This document shows, piece after piece, positions 27,624 through 38,083 of a stretch of DNA of 55,644 nucleotides. Position numbers and translations under genes: made by a program. Source of the DNA: Candidatus Delongbacteria bacterium (lineage in GTDB: Bacteria > UBA4055); NCBI GenBank assembly GCA_016937995.1, contig JAFGVM010000043.1, forward strand, positions 1 to 55,644. The letters are read 5' to 3'. The notes under the pieces are model-generated. The model was given only the letters and a program-made list of their open reading frames with translations, was not told where the DNA came from and made no database searches. The stretch's first letter is position 1. The number at the start of each line of letters is the position of its first letter.

Positions 27624-30305
27624 CTAGTTTACTCCACTTAGCAAATATATAATTGTGACAGTTGACCCGATTATAGTTAACCAATCTTTTATTTCCGCCC
27701 TGAATAAACCAATATTGTTATCTTTTTGGATCTTGTTAACCACTATTTTTGATCCTTCTTTTACCGAAGGAGAAAAGAACCATCCATCAGTTTTTGCATT
27801 TCCACCCGGATAATAGATCACAATTTGGCCAACCTCATACTCTAGTTCATTTCTTGTTCCACCAGCTGCTTCTATGTAATCATACAAACTCCAATCATTC
27901 CTGTACGAAAGTAATCCCGGTGTGTAAACGAATCCTTCAACAGAGACAGTACTTGGGTGACTTGGTATTGTTATCTTATCTCCATGTTTCAAGACAATAT
28001 CATTTTTTATACTTCCTGATATTGCTTTGCTGAAATCAGAGTAAATATAGGTGCTGTCTCTTAGAAATTCAGTTCCATCAATAAATGAGTCCTCGGCTAA
28101 TCCACCTGCTCTGTTAATCAAACTTCTAAGAGTTTCTCCGTTTTGGATCAGGGAATACAATCCAGGAAATTTAATTTGACCGCTTATGTAAACTGTTTTT
28201 AAATTTTCTTTATCCGGATCTCTTCTGATTACCACATGATCCTTATCCATCAAAAAAAACTGAACTTTATCATTCCTTTCGCTTGAGAAAATATCTTTGC
28301 TTAATACAACATCATATACTTTTGAAATCATTCCCTCATTTTTATTTTTCCTAAAAACCTCTGCTTTGTATTTATAAGCTCCTTCGCGAAAACCTTTAGC
28401 AGTAAGAATCAAGTCTTCAACAGTCATGTTGCTGCTCATTGGATATGTACCTTCTTCTTTAACAAATCCACTGATGCTTACTTCACTCTGCTCATAAACA
28501 ACATTCATATCATATATCCTTAGATGATCACTGTCTTTCAACAGGATATCATCTTGCAAATCACCGGCAAGTGCTTTTTTAAGATTTATTGGAATAATAG
28601 ACGTAGTCAAACCATCTTCATTTAATCTAATAACGTCTGCACGCTTAAGCAAAGTTTGTTTCTTTTGTTTATCATCTTCGATACCTCCTCTGCTGAATAT
28701 GAGATCTGACACTCTCATACTATCACTCAAAATAGTAAATCCCGGTTTTTGTATATATCCAGTAACCAAAACATATGATTTTCTCTTGAGATCCCACTTG
28801 GAGTATATATTTATACTGTCTAAAGTATTGAGTTCAAAATTCAGGTTTTTACCGTCAGCAATACTAAAATTAAAATATTCAGTTCTCATATCTGGATATG
28901 TTCTAATTAATTCAATCTTATCTAAAAATGCATCAGCTAAAAGACCTCCTGATTTTGCAATCAGATCATTTAATTTCATTCCATCCTTAAATGAATATCT
29001 TCCTTTTCGATAGACAGCTCCGTTCATTACAACATATTCAGTTAGAATTTTGGGTATTGAAAAAACCGTAATAACATCACGATCATGAAGTTTAATCGGA
29101 TTTACTTTTAAAATACCATTCTCCATATAAGTAAATTCCAGATCTAAAATTTTAGAATATACTACAGGAGTAGTTCTCTCCTCCATTGGCATTATTCTCT
29201 CAATCTTAACTCTGTCAACTGACGAAGTTGATAATAATCCGTTTGCGTACTTAATAATATCTCTCAAAGTTTCATTTTCTTTCAATTCATACTTTAGAGG
29301 TTTAAGTACTTCCCCCTCTAAGGATACAGTATTAAGCCTTGGACCAACAAATACATTATCACCATCTTTTAGCATAACATCATTAACATTTTGTCCTGTT
29401 AGAAGATAATCGTACAAATCTAATTCACTATATATTTTTCCATTTCTGATAACTTTAATATTCCTTAATGTACCTTTTGCAGTCACACCATGTGCTCTTA
29501 TAAGGGAAGTTAAAATTGTTGATTTAGGAGTCAGATTGTATGATCCCGGATTTACAACTTCACCGTTAACAAAAATGTTTATAGATCTAATTTTCGAGAA
29601 TGAAATATCAAAAAATGTTGTTGGATTACCGTCTGGAGGATCAAGAGTAATATAGTTTTTTGAGAGAACTTTTTTTAATCTCTTTTCTAAGTCAGAAATT
29701 GTATAATCATGAACAATAACCTGACCAACTCCATTAATAAATATTGTACCTTCGTTTGAAACTACCAACCTTTGCTGAATTTCTGTATTACCCCAAAGAG
29801 ATAAGATTAGTTCATCACCAGGACCTACCACATAATCTTGATTTACAGGTATCTGCAATGATTTTTCGTTTTCTAAAATATTGTTGAGGAAAATTTCGTA
29901 ACCATAAAAATCTTTTATCGACTCGTAGTATGCATATCTATCATTCATGATCAATTCTTGAGATGTAGATATTTTAATTTTTTTTTCGTCATCATCCGCA
30001 GTTTCTAAAGACTCTTTCTCACCCTCAGTACCTTTCTCTTTACCTTCAGGTGAGTCTATTTTAGATTTTATCTGATTCTCACTTTCCATTTTTCTGAGTT
30101 GCTCTAATAAATGTTCATTACCCGGTTTAGTAAGCTCCTTGATTAGTTCACTTTGGGGAATTGCAGTATCTGAAGTACCACTTTCTTGAAACTCTTTCTG
30201 AGTTTTTAACATTTCTGTTTCTAGGAATGTTTCGTCTTGGGCATAAATATAACCACTTGAAATTATCAAAAAAAACAGAACATTTAAAATTAAACGATTA
30301 AACAC
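27624..30305 (-). CDS. Large SLBB-repeat polysaccharide export protein (Wza/KpsD-like)
   Basis: Signal peptide; YVVGPGDEL, GEVVNPGSY, multiple SLBB repeats. Confidence 0.9.
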   Translation of the reverse strand: MFNRLILNVLFFLIISSGYIYAQDETFLETEMLKTQKEFQESGTSDTAIPQSELIKELTKPGNEHLLEQLRKMESENQIKSKIDSPEGKEKGTEGEKESLETADDDEKKIKISTSQELIMNDRYAYYESIKDFYGYEIFLNNILENEKSLQIPVNQDYVVGPGDELILSLWGNTEIQQRLVVSNEGTIFINGVGQVIVHDYTISDLEKRLKKVLSKNYITLDPPDGNPTTFFDISFSKIRSINIFVNGEVVNPGSYNLTPKSTILTSLIRAHGVTAKGTLRNIKVIRNGKIYSELDLYDYLLTGQNVNDVMLKDGDNVFVGPRLNTVSLEGEVLKPLKYELKENETLRDIIKYANGLLSTSSVDRVKIERIMPMEERTTPVVYSKILDLEFTYMENGILKVNPIKLHDRDVITVFSIPKILTEYVVMNGAVYRKGRYSFKDGMKLNDLIAKSGGLLADAFLDKIELIRTYPDMRTEYFNFSIADGKNLNFELNTLDSINIYSKWDLKRKSYVLVTGYIQKPGFTILSDSMRVSDLIFSRGGIEDDKQKKQTLLKRADVIRLNEDGLTTSIIPINLKKALAGDLQDDILLKDSDHLRIYDMNVVYEQSEVSISGFVKEEGTYPMSSNMTVEDLILTAKGFREGAYKYKAEVFRKNKNEGMISKVYDVVLSKDIFSSERNDKVQFFLMDKDHVVIRRDPDKENLKTVYISGQIKFPGLYSLIQNGETLRSLINRAGGLAEDSFIDGTEFLRDSTYIYSDFSKAISGSIKNDIVLKHGDKITIPSHPSTVSVEGFVYTPGLLSYRNDWSLYDYIEAAGGTRNELEYEVGQIVIYYPGGNAKTDGWFFSPSVKEGSKIVVNKIQKDNNIGLFRAEIKDWLTIIGSTVTIIYLLSGVN

Positions 30306-30357
30306 TTTTATGTCCTCCTGAGGTAGTAGATTATTGCATATAATTATGTCTGCAGCG

Positions 30358-30386
30358 AATATAATCGTTTATACTCGAGCTGTCAA
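30358..30386 (-). promoter_or_regulatory. sigma70-type promoter at the head of the polysaccharide locus
   Basis: Minus strand TTGACA-N17-TATATT; AGGAGG RBS before GTG at 30305. Confidence 0.72.
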
Positions 30387-30509
30387 GACAATAATGAGCT
30401 TATTAAACTCAAGTTCAGTCTTGATTCCACTAATTTAAGTGATGTTATACAATCGAAAAATAGTTAAGTTCAAAAAAATATGAAAGTATAATTTTTTTTG
30501 TTATACGAT

Positions 30510-31745
30510 CTAGAAATATTTAACAAATCGAACATTCCCTCCACCAAAATTACCTGAATTAAAAAGATGTCCAATCGATGCATAAATGAAAGAATTATTA
30601 CCAAATTTATACCTTATACCCAACTTAAGCATATCATTGTATTCAAGGTGGAGTAAATAAGTTTCTGCCCATGGTTTTTTAAATTCATTATCCCTGTTCA
30701 GTTGAACAAGAAAGCCGGGTTCAATTTGAAAATTTTCGTTTATATCGTAAGCATAAAATATATACGGGATAAGTGCTGAAACTTTAAAAGTGTATGAATA
30801 ATCAGGTTCGTAGTAATAATTCTCAGGATATCCACCTACTTTATCCTGATTTGATTCAGCATAGATAATTCCGTATTTTAAAGAACTTCTTGCAAATTTT
30901 TGATTCATTCCTAATTCAATTGAAATAAAATTACTTTTCATTTTATAAGAACTTGAATCCTGGTCATTAAACCTTACTTCTTCATTGAATTGATTTAAAA
31001 ACAATTTGGAATAAACATTCAAATTCCCGTTTATTTTAAAGCTTAAGTTCAGCTTGTAGTCCCCGTTCTGTAAAGAATGATAGTTTACATTTGATATGGA
31101 ATCATATTTTGAGAATTCTCTTTCAAATCCAGTTGAATAATTTACCTCTGAAAAAAGATAAAGGTTAACGAACGTATAGTTTAATTTAGTTGATATTGAT
31201 ATCGGAACAAAGCTGTTTGAACCTTCATTTGTATTTTTCATATCGTAAATAAAGTCATCAAATGATATAATACTGCTGAAATAATTACTTTTTGAATCCT
31301 CTAATAATACACCTCCGCCAACATCAATGATATCTTTACCTGATTCTAACTGCGTATGTCCAATAAGTGAAAAATTATCATTTATTTTATATCTTAATCC
31401 TATCTGAGCTTTCTCGGTGTCGTAACTTAAATGTCTGGTTATGTAATTCCTGTAATTCGCACTGAAAATTAATTTATCATTGAGAGGCAAATTTAAAATT
31501 ATCTCCTCGTCCTTTAATAACTGATAGTTCAAAAGACTCCCATAAGTCAATTTGACCGAAGAACTATCATAAAAAACGCTATTATGATGTCTTTCTGTTT
31601 CAAAAATAAAAGCATAATTTACAAGCGGGTTCAAGAAATACTCCTCATCATTTCCCGGAACCATATACGGATAACTGACTGAAAACAATAAGTTCATCAG
31701 AAGAAGAAAAATTACTGTTAAACTTAATTTCATATTTTCATTCAT
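30510..31745 (-). CDS. Hypothetical outer-membrane beta-barrel protein
   Basis: Signal peptide, alternating aromatic beta-strand pattern, C-terminal Phe (VRFVKYF). Confidence 0.6.
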   Translation of the reverse strand: MNENMKLSLTVIFLLLMNLLFSVSYPYMVPGNDEEYFLNPLVNYAFIFETERHHNSVFYDSSSVKLTYGSLLNYQLLKDEEIILNLPLNDKLIFSANYRNYITRHLSYDTEKAQIGLRYKINDNFSLIGHTQLESGKDIIDVGGGVLLEDSKSNYFSSIISFDDFIYDMKNTNEGSNSFVPISISTKLNYTFVNLYLFSEVNYSTGFEREFSKYDSISNVNYHSLQNGDYKLNLSFKINGNLNVYSKLFLNQFNEEVRFNDQDSSSYKMKSNFISIELGMNQKFARSSLKYGIIYAESNQDKVGGYPENYYYEPDYSYTFKVSALIPYIFYAYDINENFQIEPGFLVQLNRDNEFKKPWAETYLLHLEYNDMLKLGIRYKFGNNSFIYASIGHLFNSGNFGGGNVRFVKYF

Positions 31746-31773
31746 AAATTTTCTCAGATTACTTTTCTCACCA

Positions 31774-31854
31774 AATATAAGTACTTTTTACGGGACTTTC
31801 AATTTATAAATTCAGTGAAATTACTTTGACTATTTGGACAGTGATTTTTATATT
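31774..31854. promoter_or_regulatory. Divergent sigma70-type promoter pair
   Basis: Minus: TTGAAA-N17-TATATT (31802..31774). Plus: TTGACT-N17-TATATT (31826..31854). Confidence 0.6.
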
Positions 31855-31886
31855 GATACCTGTTAATTCTAACACGGTAAAACGAA

Positions 31887-32732
31887 ATGGCCATAGACGT
31901 AGGGAAAATACTGCAGGATAAAAGAGAAGATATCGGTATATCTCTTGAGGAAGCAAGTAATAGCACGAAAATACAGACAGGATATCTATCTGCTATTGAA
32001 AATAATGACAGATCGTTAGTACCTGTTGCTTACTATGACCTCTTTTTAAATAAATACGCTAGATTCCTTAATGTTGAGCTCCCTCAGATAAAAAAAGGTG
32101 AACCTAAAAAAAGCAGTCTAAGGAAAAAAGAGCAGATCAAAGAGTTAATTGATAAGGACAATCAGATAGAACATAAACTTATAGTTTTTATAAAAGATGT
32201 GATACTCTTCATACAGATAAACAGGAGACTGAGCTTAGTAATATTTCTGTTTTTAATCGTTTTTTCATTGATAAAGATCACCGGTTCGATATTCAATACT
32301 GGGGAAAAAAACAATGTTAATGAGTCAGTGGTAAAGATAATTACGATCGAAGGATCTTCTGATGATAAAATAAACTTTGATATAAGGGATTCAATCCTGA
32401 TCGAGGATGACAAACCTGAATTTATGCTTGTAAAGATATCTGCTGTTGACTCATGCTATATATGCTACTATTCAGATACTACGGCAGTAAATGAAAAATT
32501 ATTACTTCCCGGGGAAAAACTTGTTCTTAAGGGTGAGAAGATAATTGAATCCAAGATCGGCAACAGTACTGCTGTTTCGATAAGCTACAATGACATTAGT
32601 ATCCTGCCTGAACTCAGAGAACAGGGTAACGGAAGTTCCATGATCAGGATAACTCCGCGGAACGGAGCTGAGAAAATAAAGAGATCAGAGAAAATAATGC
32701 TTTTTTTAAAAAACAACTACGGCCTTGAATAA
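31887..32732 (+). CDS. rodZ: RodZ-like protein (HTH, TM helix, DUF4115-like C-domain)
   Basis: GKILQDKRE..GISLEEAS..TKI..GYLSAIEN HTH; single TM; located upstream of ispG, a conserved synteny. Confidence 0.75.
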   Translation: MAIDVGKILQDKREDIGISLEEASNSTKIQTGYLSAIENNDRSLVPVAYYDLFLNKYARFLNVELPQIKKGEPKKSSLRKKEQIKELIDKDNQIEHKLIVFIKDVILFIQINRRLSLVIFLFLIVFSLIKITGSIFNTGEKNNVNESVVKIITIEGSSDDKINFDIRDSILIEDDKPEFMLVKISAVDSCYICYYSDTTAVNEKLLLPGEKLVLKGEKIIESKIGNSTAVSISYNDISILPELREQGNGSSMIRITPRNGAEKIKRSEKIMLFLKNNYGLE

Positions 32733-32735
32733 ACG

Positions 32736-33806
32736 ATGAAAAACAGAAAAAATACACGAAGTGTTAAGATAGGTGATGTAGCGATAGGTGCGGATCATGA
32801 TATTGCTATTCAATCGATGACGAACACTAAAACAATTGACACTGATAGCACGATAAAACAGATCCTGGACCTTGAAGAAGCAGGATGTAATATTGCCCGA
32901 ATCGCACTTCCTGATATTTTATCCACAAAGGTCATTCCAGAGATAAAAAAACATATACATATTCCTTTAGTAGGAGATATTCATTTCGATTATAAAATAG
33001 CATTGTCCGCTGTAGAACAAGGTATCGACAAGATAAGGATCAATCCAGGCAATATTGGGGGAAGGGATAGGACCAGAGCTATAATTGAAGCTTGTAAAGA
33101 CAAGAATATTCCTATAAGGATCGGAGTGAATTCCGGATCTGTTGAAAGAGATATTGTAGATAAATTTAATGGTGTAACTGCTGAGGGAATGATCGAGAGC
33201 ATGAGTAAGTATATCGGTTATTTTCAGGAGGAAAATTTTCATGATCTGGTCCTGTCTTTGAAATCTTCTGATGTTATGCTCATGATCGAAGCATACAGGC
33301 TGATCAGCAAACTTTATGATTATCCATTACACCTTGGAGTAACTGAAGCCGGAAGTTACTTTACCGGCTCGATCAAATCTGCAGTGGGATTGGGAATTCT
33401 ATTGAATGAAGGTATCGGTGATACTGTCAGAGTGTCATTAACTGGTGATGTTAATCAGGAAATCTATACTGCAAGAGAGATCCTGAAATCGCTAAAACTT
33501 CACAGTGGAGGAGTGAACATAATATCATGCCCCACTTGTGGTAGAACTGAGGTAGATCTTGCGGATGTAGTTGAAGAACTTGAAGAACGAATTCAGTCAT
33601 TGAAAATAAAGAAAAGTATAAATGTGGCTGTAATGGGATGTGCTGTAAATGGTCCCGGTGAAGCCAGAGAGGCTGATCTTGGTATTGCAGGCGGGAAAAA
33701 TGAATTTCTATTATTTATCAAAGGTGAGATCATAAAAAAAATACCTCAGAATGAAGTAATTGATGTTCTTATAAATGAAATTCAAAAATTAGCCCATAAT
33801 CCCTAG
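32736..33806 (+). CDS. ispG: (E)-4-hydroxy-3-methylbut-2-enyl diphosphate synthase
   Basis: IQSMTNT, DIHFD, RINPGNIG, HLGVTEAG, ISCPTCGR, VMGCAVNGPGEA. Confidence 0.97.
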   Translation: MKNRKNTRSVKIGDVAIGADHDIAIQSMTNTKTIDTDSTIKQILDLEEAGCNIARIALPDILSTKVIPEIKKHIHIPLVGDIHFDYKIALSAVEQGIDKIRINPGNIGGRDRTRAIIEACKDKNIPIRIGVNSGSVERDIVDKFNGVTAEGMIESMSKYIGYFQEENFHDLVLSLKSSDVMLMIEAYRLISKLYDYPLHLGVTEAGSYFTGSIKSAVGLGILLNEGIGDTVRVSLTGDVNQEIYTAREILKSLKLHSGGVNIISCPTCGRTEVDLADVVEELEERIQSLKIKKSINVAVMGCAVNGPGEAREADLGIAGGKNEFLLFIKGEIIKKIPQNEVIDVLINEIQKLAHNP

Positions 33807-34597
33807 ACCCTTGTCAATTGTTTATTGTATTCATACATAAATATAGATGCTGCATTTGCCACATTCAATGAATTTTTCAACCCCATCATATTTATTTCAA
33901 CAATACTGTCACACAGACCGATAGCTTTTTGTGTAAGGCCGATCTCTTCGTTACCAAAAATTATTACTGACTTACGATAAAATTTATGATCAGAAAGACT
34001 AACACTTCCCTCTCCTGTTTCAGCACCGATAATTTTATAACCATCATCCTTCAACGCTTTAATCTGAATTGAAATATCATCGATAAAACTAAAATCAACA
34101 TTTTTTTCTGTATTTTTGGCTGTTTTTGTAACTTTTGGGTCTGTCTTCTGTGGAGTTAATCCGGTTGATATTATTTCTTTTATGCTAAAACATTCAGCAG
34201 ATCTTATAATTGATCCTACATTAAATGCAGAACGAAGGTTTTCTAGAATTATTATCAGTTCATTTTTCGCTTTAGCCTGACTAGTGGCCTTATCGCTTGA
34301 GGTTTTAATAAATTGCTTCTCAGAAATTGGATAACCCGAATTTTCTCTGAGTTCATGAAACAAAAAATGTATCTTTTCTAACAGAGACCTATTGTTCTTT
34401 TCGTTCAGGATAGAAAATAATTTTTCAGCAATGTTTACAAGATCAGTATCCGGTAAAAACTCATAAAACTTTCTCAGATCCGAAAAATCAGCTATGTTTC
34501 CGGATATTATATTATCTCTTTGCAATTCTAATTCATTGCAAATTTTAAAAATTTGTGTTATCGGCTTTAATCCTGAAAATTTTTTTCTGCTGATCAT
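33803..34597 (-). CDS. TrmH/SpoU family RNA methyltransferase with N-terminal extension
   Basis: ENLRSAFNVGSIIRSAE, FGNEEIG, KNSLNVANA. Confidence 0.9.
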   Translation of the reverse strand: MISRKKFSGLKPITQIFKICNELELQRDNIISGNIADFSDLRKFYEFLPDTDLVNIAEKLFSILNEKNNRSLLEKIHFLFHELRENSGYPISEKQFIKTSSDKATSQAKAKNELIIILENLRSAFNVGSIIRSAECFSIKEIISTGLTPQKTDPKVTKTAKNTEKNVDFSFIDDISIQIKALKDDGYKIIGAETGEGSVSLSDHKFYRKSVIIFGNEEIGLTQKAIGLCDSIVEINMMGLKNSLNVANAASIFMYEYNKQLTRV

Positions 34598-35292
34598 TCA
34601 TCATCTTTGATCATGTTTTCGCTTACATAATAACCTATCTTATCAATAGGATTCGTGATAGAAGTTGAAATATTCATAAGATGAGCACTGATCCTTTTGT
34701 AGTATCTTAGCATAAGTGCGTAAGTTACATAATTTATTTTAGGATCAGGATCTTTTGTAGCAATTTCATATAATTTATCATCTATTTCATTCTTGAATTT
34801 AAATTGAGTATTCAATATAGTTGAAGCAAGTGTAACGTCAGCATTTTTAAACGATTTATATGTGTCACTGAACATTTTCTTAAGGATTTCAGTGTATTTT
34901 TGTAATAAGATATTATATTCATCACTCTTGAGAGCAAACTTTATCTCAGCTATCTCGTTAATATTTTTGCAGTAATCACCAATACGTTCAAGGTGCTGTA
35001 CTATCGTTATTAAAATAAATGACGTATAAAGTTCCTGATCAGGCTTTTCATTTACGATTACATGCTCGAAAACTTTTTTCCTGATTGACCTCTCAAAATG
35101 ATTAAGCAGATAGTCTTTTTTCTTAACCTCCTCCACCTGGCTCTCATTCACTTTTTCTGAAAGATCGTTAAAGATCATATCAGTAACAAGATTGAACATT
35201 TGTTGAGAAATGGAAGACATCTCATATGAATCATGAAGTGCCTGTGTCAACAGGTCCTGTTTCTTAATTAAGTTGAAAAATTGCTTGAACAT
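34594..35292 (-). CDS. PhoU-domain protein
   Basis: HLERIGDYCKNI and RYYKRISAHLMNI repeats; downstream of the Na/Pi transporter. Confidence 0.82.
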   Translation of the reverse strand: MFKQFFNLIKKQDLLTQALHDSYEMSSISQQMFNLVTDMIFNDLSEKVNESQVEEVKKKDYLLNHFERSIRKKVFEHVIVNEKPDQELYTSFILITIVQHLERIGDYCKNINEIAEIKFALKSDEYNILLQKYTEILKKMFSDTYKSFKNADVTLASTILNTQFKFKNEIDDKLYEIATKDPDPKINYVTYALMLRYYKRISAHLMNISTSITNPIDKIGYYVSENMIKDDE

Positions 35293-35318
35293 AAAATTCT
35301 CCTGAATTTTTAAACATT

Positions 35319-36509
35319 TTACGAAAAAATTATAATAATCGGTATGATGAAGAACACAACCAAAGCATACCCAATCGCCCAGAACTTATTCTGACCTGCT
35401 TTCGATGCAAACCACCTTGCAGCTCCTATCGGTATTGCCTTTAAAGGAATAAATATGAAAGCTGCAAATACATTGAACAGAGTATGTACAAGAGCTATTG
35501 AAATACCACTGGCATTTCCAGTCACCATGGCTGCGAGAATTCCCGTAATGGTAGTTCCGATGTTCGCCCCGACAGCATAAGGAAATATTTGTTCCATACT
35601 GAATATACCTGCACCTACTAAAGGTACAACCAGCGATATGGTTATTGATGAAGACTGGACAGAAACTGTAAATAAAATACCGAATAACAAAGCTGTTGCA
35701 GCCTGGTTGAACACATACTTATGAATAATTCTTTCAAATTTTCCTATAAGGATCTTCTTCATTATAACAGACATATAATTAAGTGCGATAAACAGTAGTA
35801 CCAGAGACAGGATCACCATGATCGTCAGTAGAATTCCGTCATATTGAGGAAATGACTGGGTTTTGTTGCCAATTGTATGTTCTGTGATCGGATTTCCTAA
35901 AATATCTGCAATAAAAAACTCGATCTTATGAGCTATTGGTTTTACTACTGCATCAAGAGGAGAGTCAAATTTTACACCTGATGCACCAACGAATATCTTA
36001 GTGAGGAATTCAGAGCTCCTTTCAAGTATCCCCTTACCATCCCAAAATTTGCCAGTAATTATCTCAAGAGGTAAAAAAAGTAAAACTGCGAACCAGTTAA
36101 AGTAATCATGCACTATGGCGGCGGAAAATGATCTGTTGAACTCCATCCTGTTTCTCATTTGTCCAAAAGATACCAGGATACCTGTGATTGAAGTACCGAT
36201 ATTCGCTCCCATGATCATCGGGATTGCATTATGAAGTGACAGGGTTCCTGCACCAACAAAAGCCACGATTATTGATGTGGTTGAGGAGGATGACTGAATT
36301 ATTGCTGTTGATAATATCCCTATAAAAAGAGATACCAGAGGATTATCAGTAGCATTCTTGATCAGATTTGCAGTATCATCTGAAAAATAGTGTTTAAAAG
36401 TTCCACCCAGCAATTTTATACTAAGTAAGAATAGCCATAAAAAAAGGAACATTCCGACAATTCTGATAATGTTCTCTAACGGGTCTTTTCGCTTTACTTT
36501 ATCGATCAT
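35319..36509 (-). CDS. Na+/phosphate symporter (NptA/SLC34 family)
   Basis: Duplicated QSSS and GANIGT motifs. Confidence 0.92.
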   Translation of the reverse strand: MIDKVKRKDPLENIIRIVGMFLFLWLFLLSIKLLGGTFKHYFSDDTANLIKNATDNPLVSLFIGILSTAIIQSSSSTTSIIVAFVGAGTLSLHNAIPMIMGANIGTSITGILVSFGQMRNRMEFNRSFSAAIVHDYFNWFAVLLFLPLEIITGKFWDGKGILERSSEFLTKIFVGASGVKFDSPLDAVVKPIAHKIEFFIADILGNPITEHTIGNKTQSFPQYDGILLTIMVILSLVLLFIALNYMSVIMKKILIGKFERIIHKYVFNQAATALLFGILFTVSVQSSSITISLVVPLVGAGIFSMEQIFPYAVGANIGTTITGILAAMVTGNASGISIALVHTLFNVFAAFIFIPLKAIPIGAARWFASKAGQNKFWAIGYALVVFFIIPIIIIFS

Positions 36510-36634
36510 TTTACATCCACATGAGTTTTCTAAAACGAAAATTTATCCTAACTTTTTTCTAATAGCAAACTAAAAATCCTTAAAAATATCCTTAAAAAGT
36601 GAGTTTATATGGATATTTTGGTCAGTTTTTTGAG

Positions 36635-36663
36635 TTGACTATAACAATAACCTAATTTATATT
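36635..36663 (+). promoter_or_regulatory. sigma70-type promoter for the lipoprotein-OMP-TPR-rpiB operon
   Basis: TTGACT-N17-TATATT. Confidence 0.65.
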
Positions 36664-36787
36664 CTTTCATGTTTTATTTACGTTAATAAAGCAGATATAA
36701 TGAAAGCCGGAATAATTGTGTTACACTTTGAACTTTAACGGTCGTGATTCAGTTAAATCACATTAAAATTATAAATTAAGGATACAA

Positions 36788-38050
36788 ATGCAAATTCAAA
36801 AAAAAGTAAGAACGTTCAAGAAATACACTAAACATTTGTTTTCATTCAGCATTCTTAGCGTTGTGGTATTTTTGGTGTCCTGTTCTCAAAAATACGATGA
36901 AACAGGTATATTTGATCCACAGGATCCTAATTTTTCAGCAGACACTCTCAACTCTCCGGTCAGAATAAATACTGTGATCTTTTCCAAAAATACAACTTAT
37001 GACAATTACACCAGTGATGATCTATTATACCTGGGAAAAGATAGTACCCTGACTGACAGTGTTACAGCGAATGCTAAAATATTATTTAAAATAAGTTTAC
37101 CTGATACTGTGAATTTAGATACAGCTGACGTTGTTTTTACTATCGTTGAAAGCGCAAACTTAGACACGAACAAACAGTTTGATATTTATAGAGTCAATGG
37201 AGATTGGAATAGTCAGACAATGGATAGCACATCACTTGATTTCACTTATCTCAGATCAAAAAACCTTACTCAAATTGACAGTACTCATTTTCAGATCAGG
37301 ATCAGTTTTGACGGTAATGAGATCAGAGAGTGGGCTAGAGAGGATACACTCGCTGAAAAACAAGAAAGTTTCCTTTTAAAATGTAGTGATCCTCAGAATA
37401 TTAGTCCTATTGTTAAAATGTACTCTTCACACTGGTCATCTTCACTTCAGCTTCAACCTTATTTGAATTCCTACTACAGCTATTTGGACTCTTTGGGAAT
37501 TCTTCAAAAAGACAGTGTTCTTAATGATATCGCGGATGATATAACACTTGCATACAAAAAAAGTGAAGTATTAAATGATACCTCCAAATTTAAGTTAGGA
37601 GGAATTTCAGGTGAAAGCTACATCTGTAAATTTGATCTATCGCAGATCAGAACAGATGCTACAGTAATAACCGGAAGGATGGTATTATCCTCTATCTTAG
37701 ATGAAGTGGATCCTGTTTACGGCAATTTTTCTAACGATGAAAATAATATCAACAACTCTTCTATTTATAAGCCCCAAATCTTCATGTATGCAATAAAGGA
37801 TACCATGTGGTATTCTTCCGGAGAATTCGAATACGATACTCAAGATTACGTTTATGAATACGAAACAAATTCTTTAGACTCTACGAACTATTTCAATATG
37901 GACAGACTGATTCAGTATTGGATCAAATATCCAGAAACAAATTTCGGATTGCTGATAACCACAAAAAACTGGACTCAACCTTTTGGTTACAGTGTTTTCA
38001 GAAAACCAATTATTCAAGTTTCTTACATCACATTGACCGATACAGAGTAA
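36788..38050 (+). CDS. Hypothetical lipoprotein (possibly DUF4270-like)
   Basis: Basic N-region, hydrophobic stretch and LVS-C lipobox; beta-rich body with LYLG and IQYWI...NFGLLI segments. Confidence 0.65.
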   Translation: MQIQKKVRTFKKYTKHLFSFSILSVVVFLVSCSQKYDETGIFDPQDPNFSADTLNSPVRINTVIFSKNTTYDNYTSDDLLYLGKDSTLTDSVTANAKILFKISLPDTVNLDTADVVFTIVESANLDTNKQFDIYRVNGDWNSQTMDSTSLDFTYLRSKNLTQIDSTHFQIRISFDGNEIREWAREDTLAEKQESFLLKCSDPQNISPIVKMYSSHWSSSLQLQPYLNSYYSYLDSLGILQKDSVLNDIADDITLAYKKSEVLNDTSKFKLGGISGESYICKFDLSQIRTDATVITGRMVLSSILDEVDPVYGNFSNDENNINNSSIYKPQIFMYAIKDTMWYSSGEFEYDTQDYVYEYETNSLDSTNYFNMDRLIQYWIKYPETNFGLLITTKNWTQPFGYSVFRKPIIQVSYITLTDTE

Positions 38051-38083
38051 ATTGCCCTGGATCATTAACGGAGATCAATAACA

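Noticed and set aside
30306-30360. ops/JUMPStart element in the polysaccharide operon leader
   Set aside because: No GGCGGTAG on the coding strand and no RfaH/UpxY gene in the window
36576-36598. Direct repeat ATCCTTAAAAA x2 upstream of the Na/Pi symporter as a Pho box
   Set aside because: Period is 12 rather than 11 nt, there is no resemblance to the CTGTCAT consensus, and the sequence is low-complexity AT-rich
36744-36761. GTGATT-N6-AATCAC inverted repeat as a CRP or Rex site
   Set aside because: Half-site spacing does not match TGTGA-N6-TCACA; single occurrence
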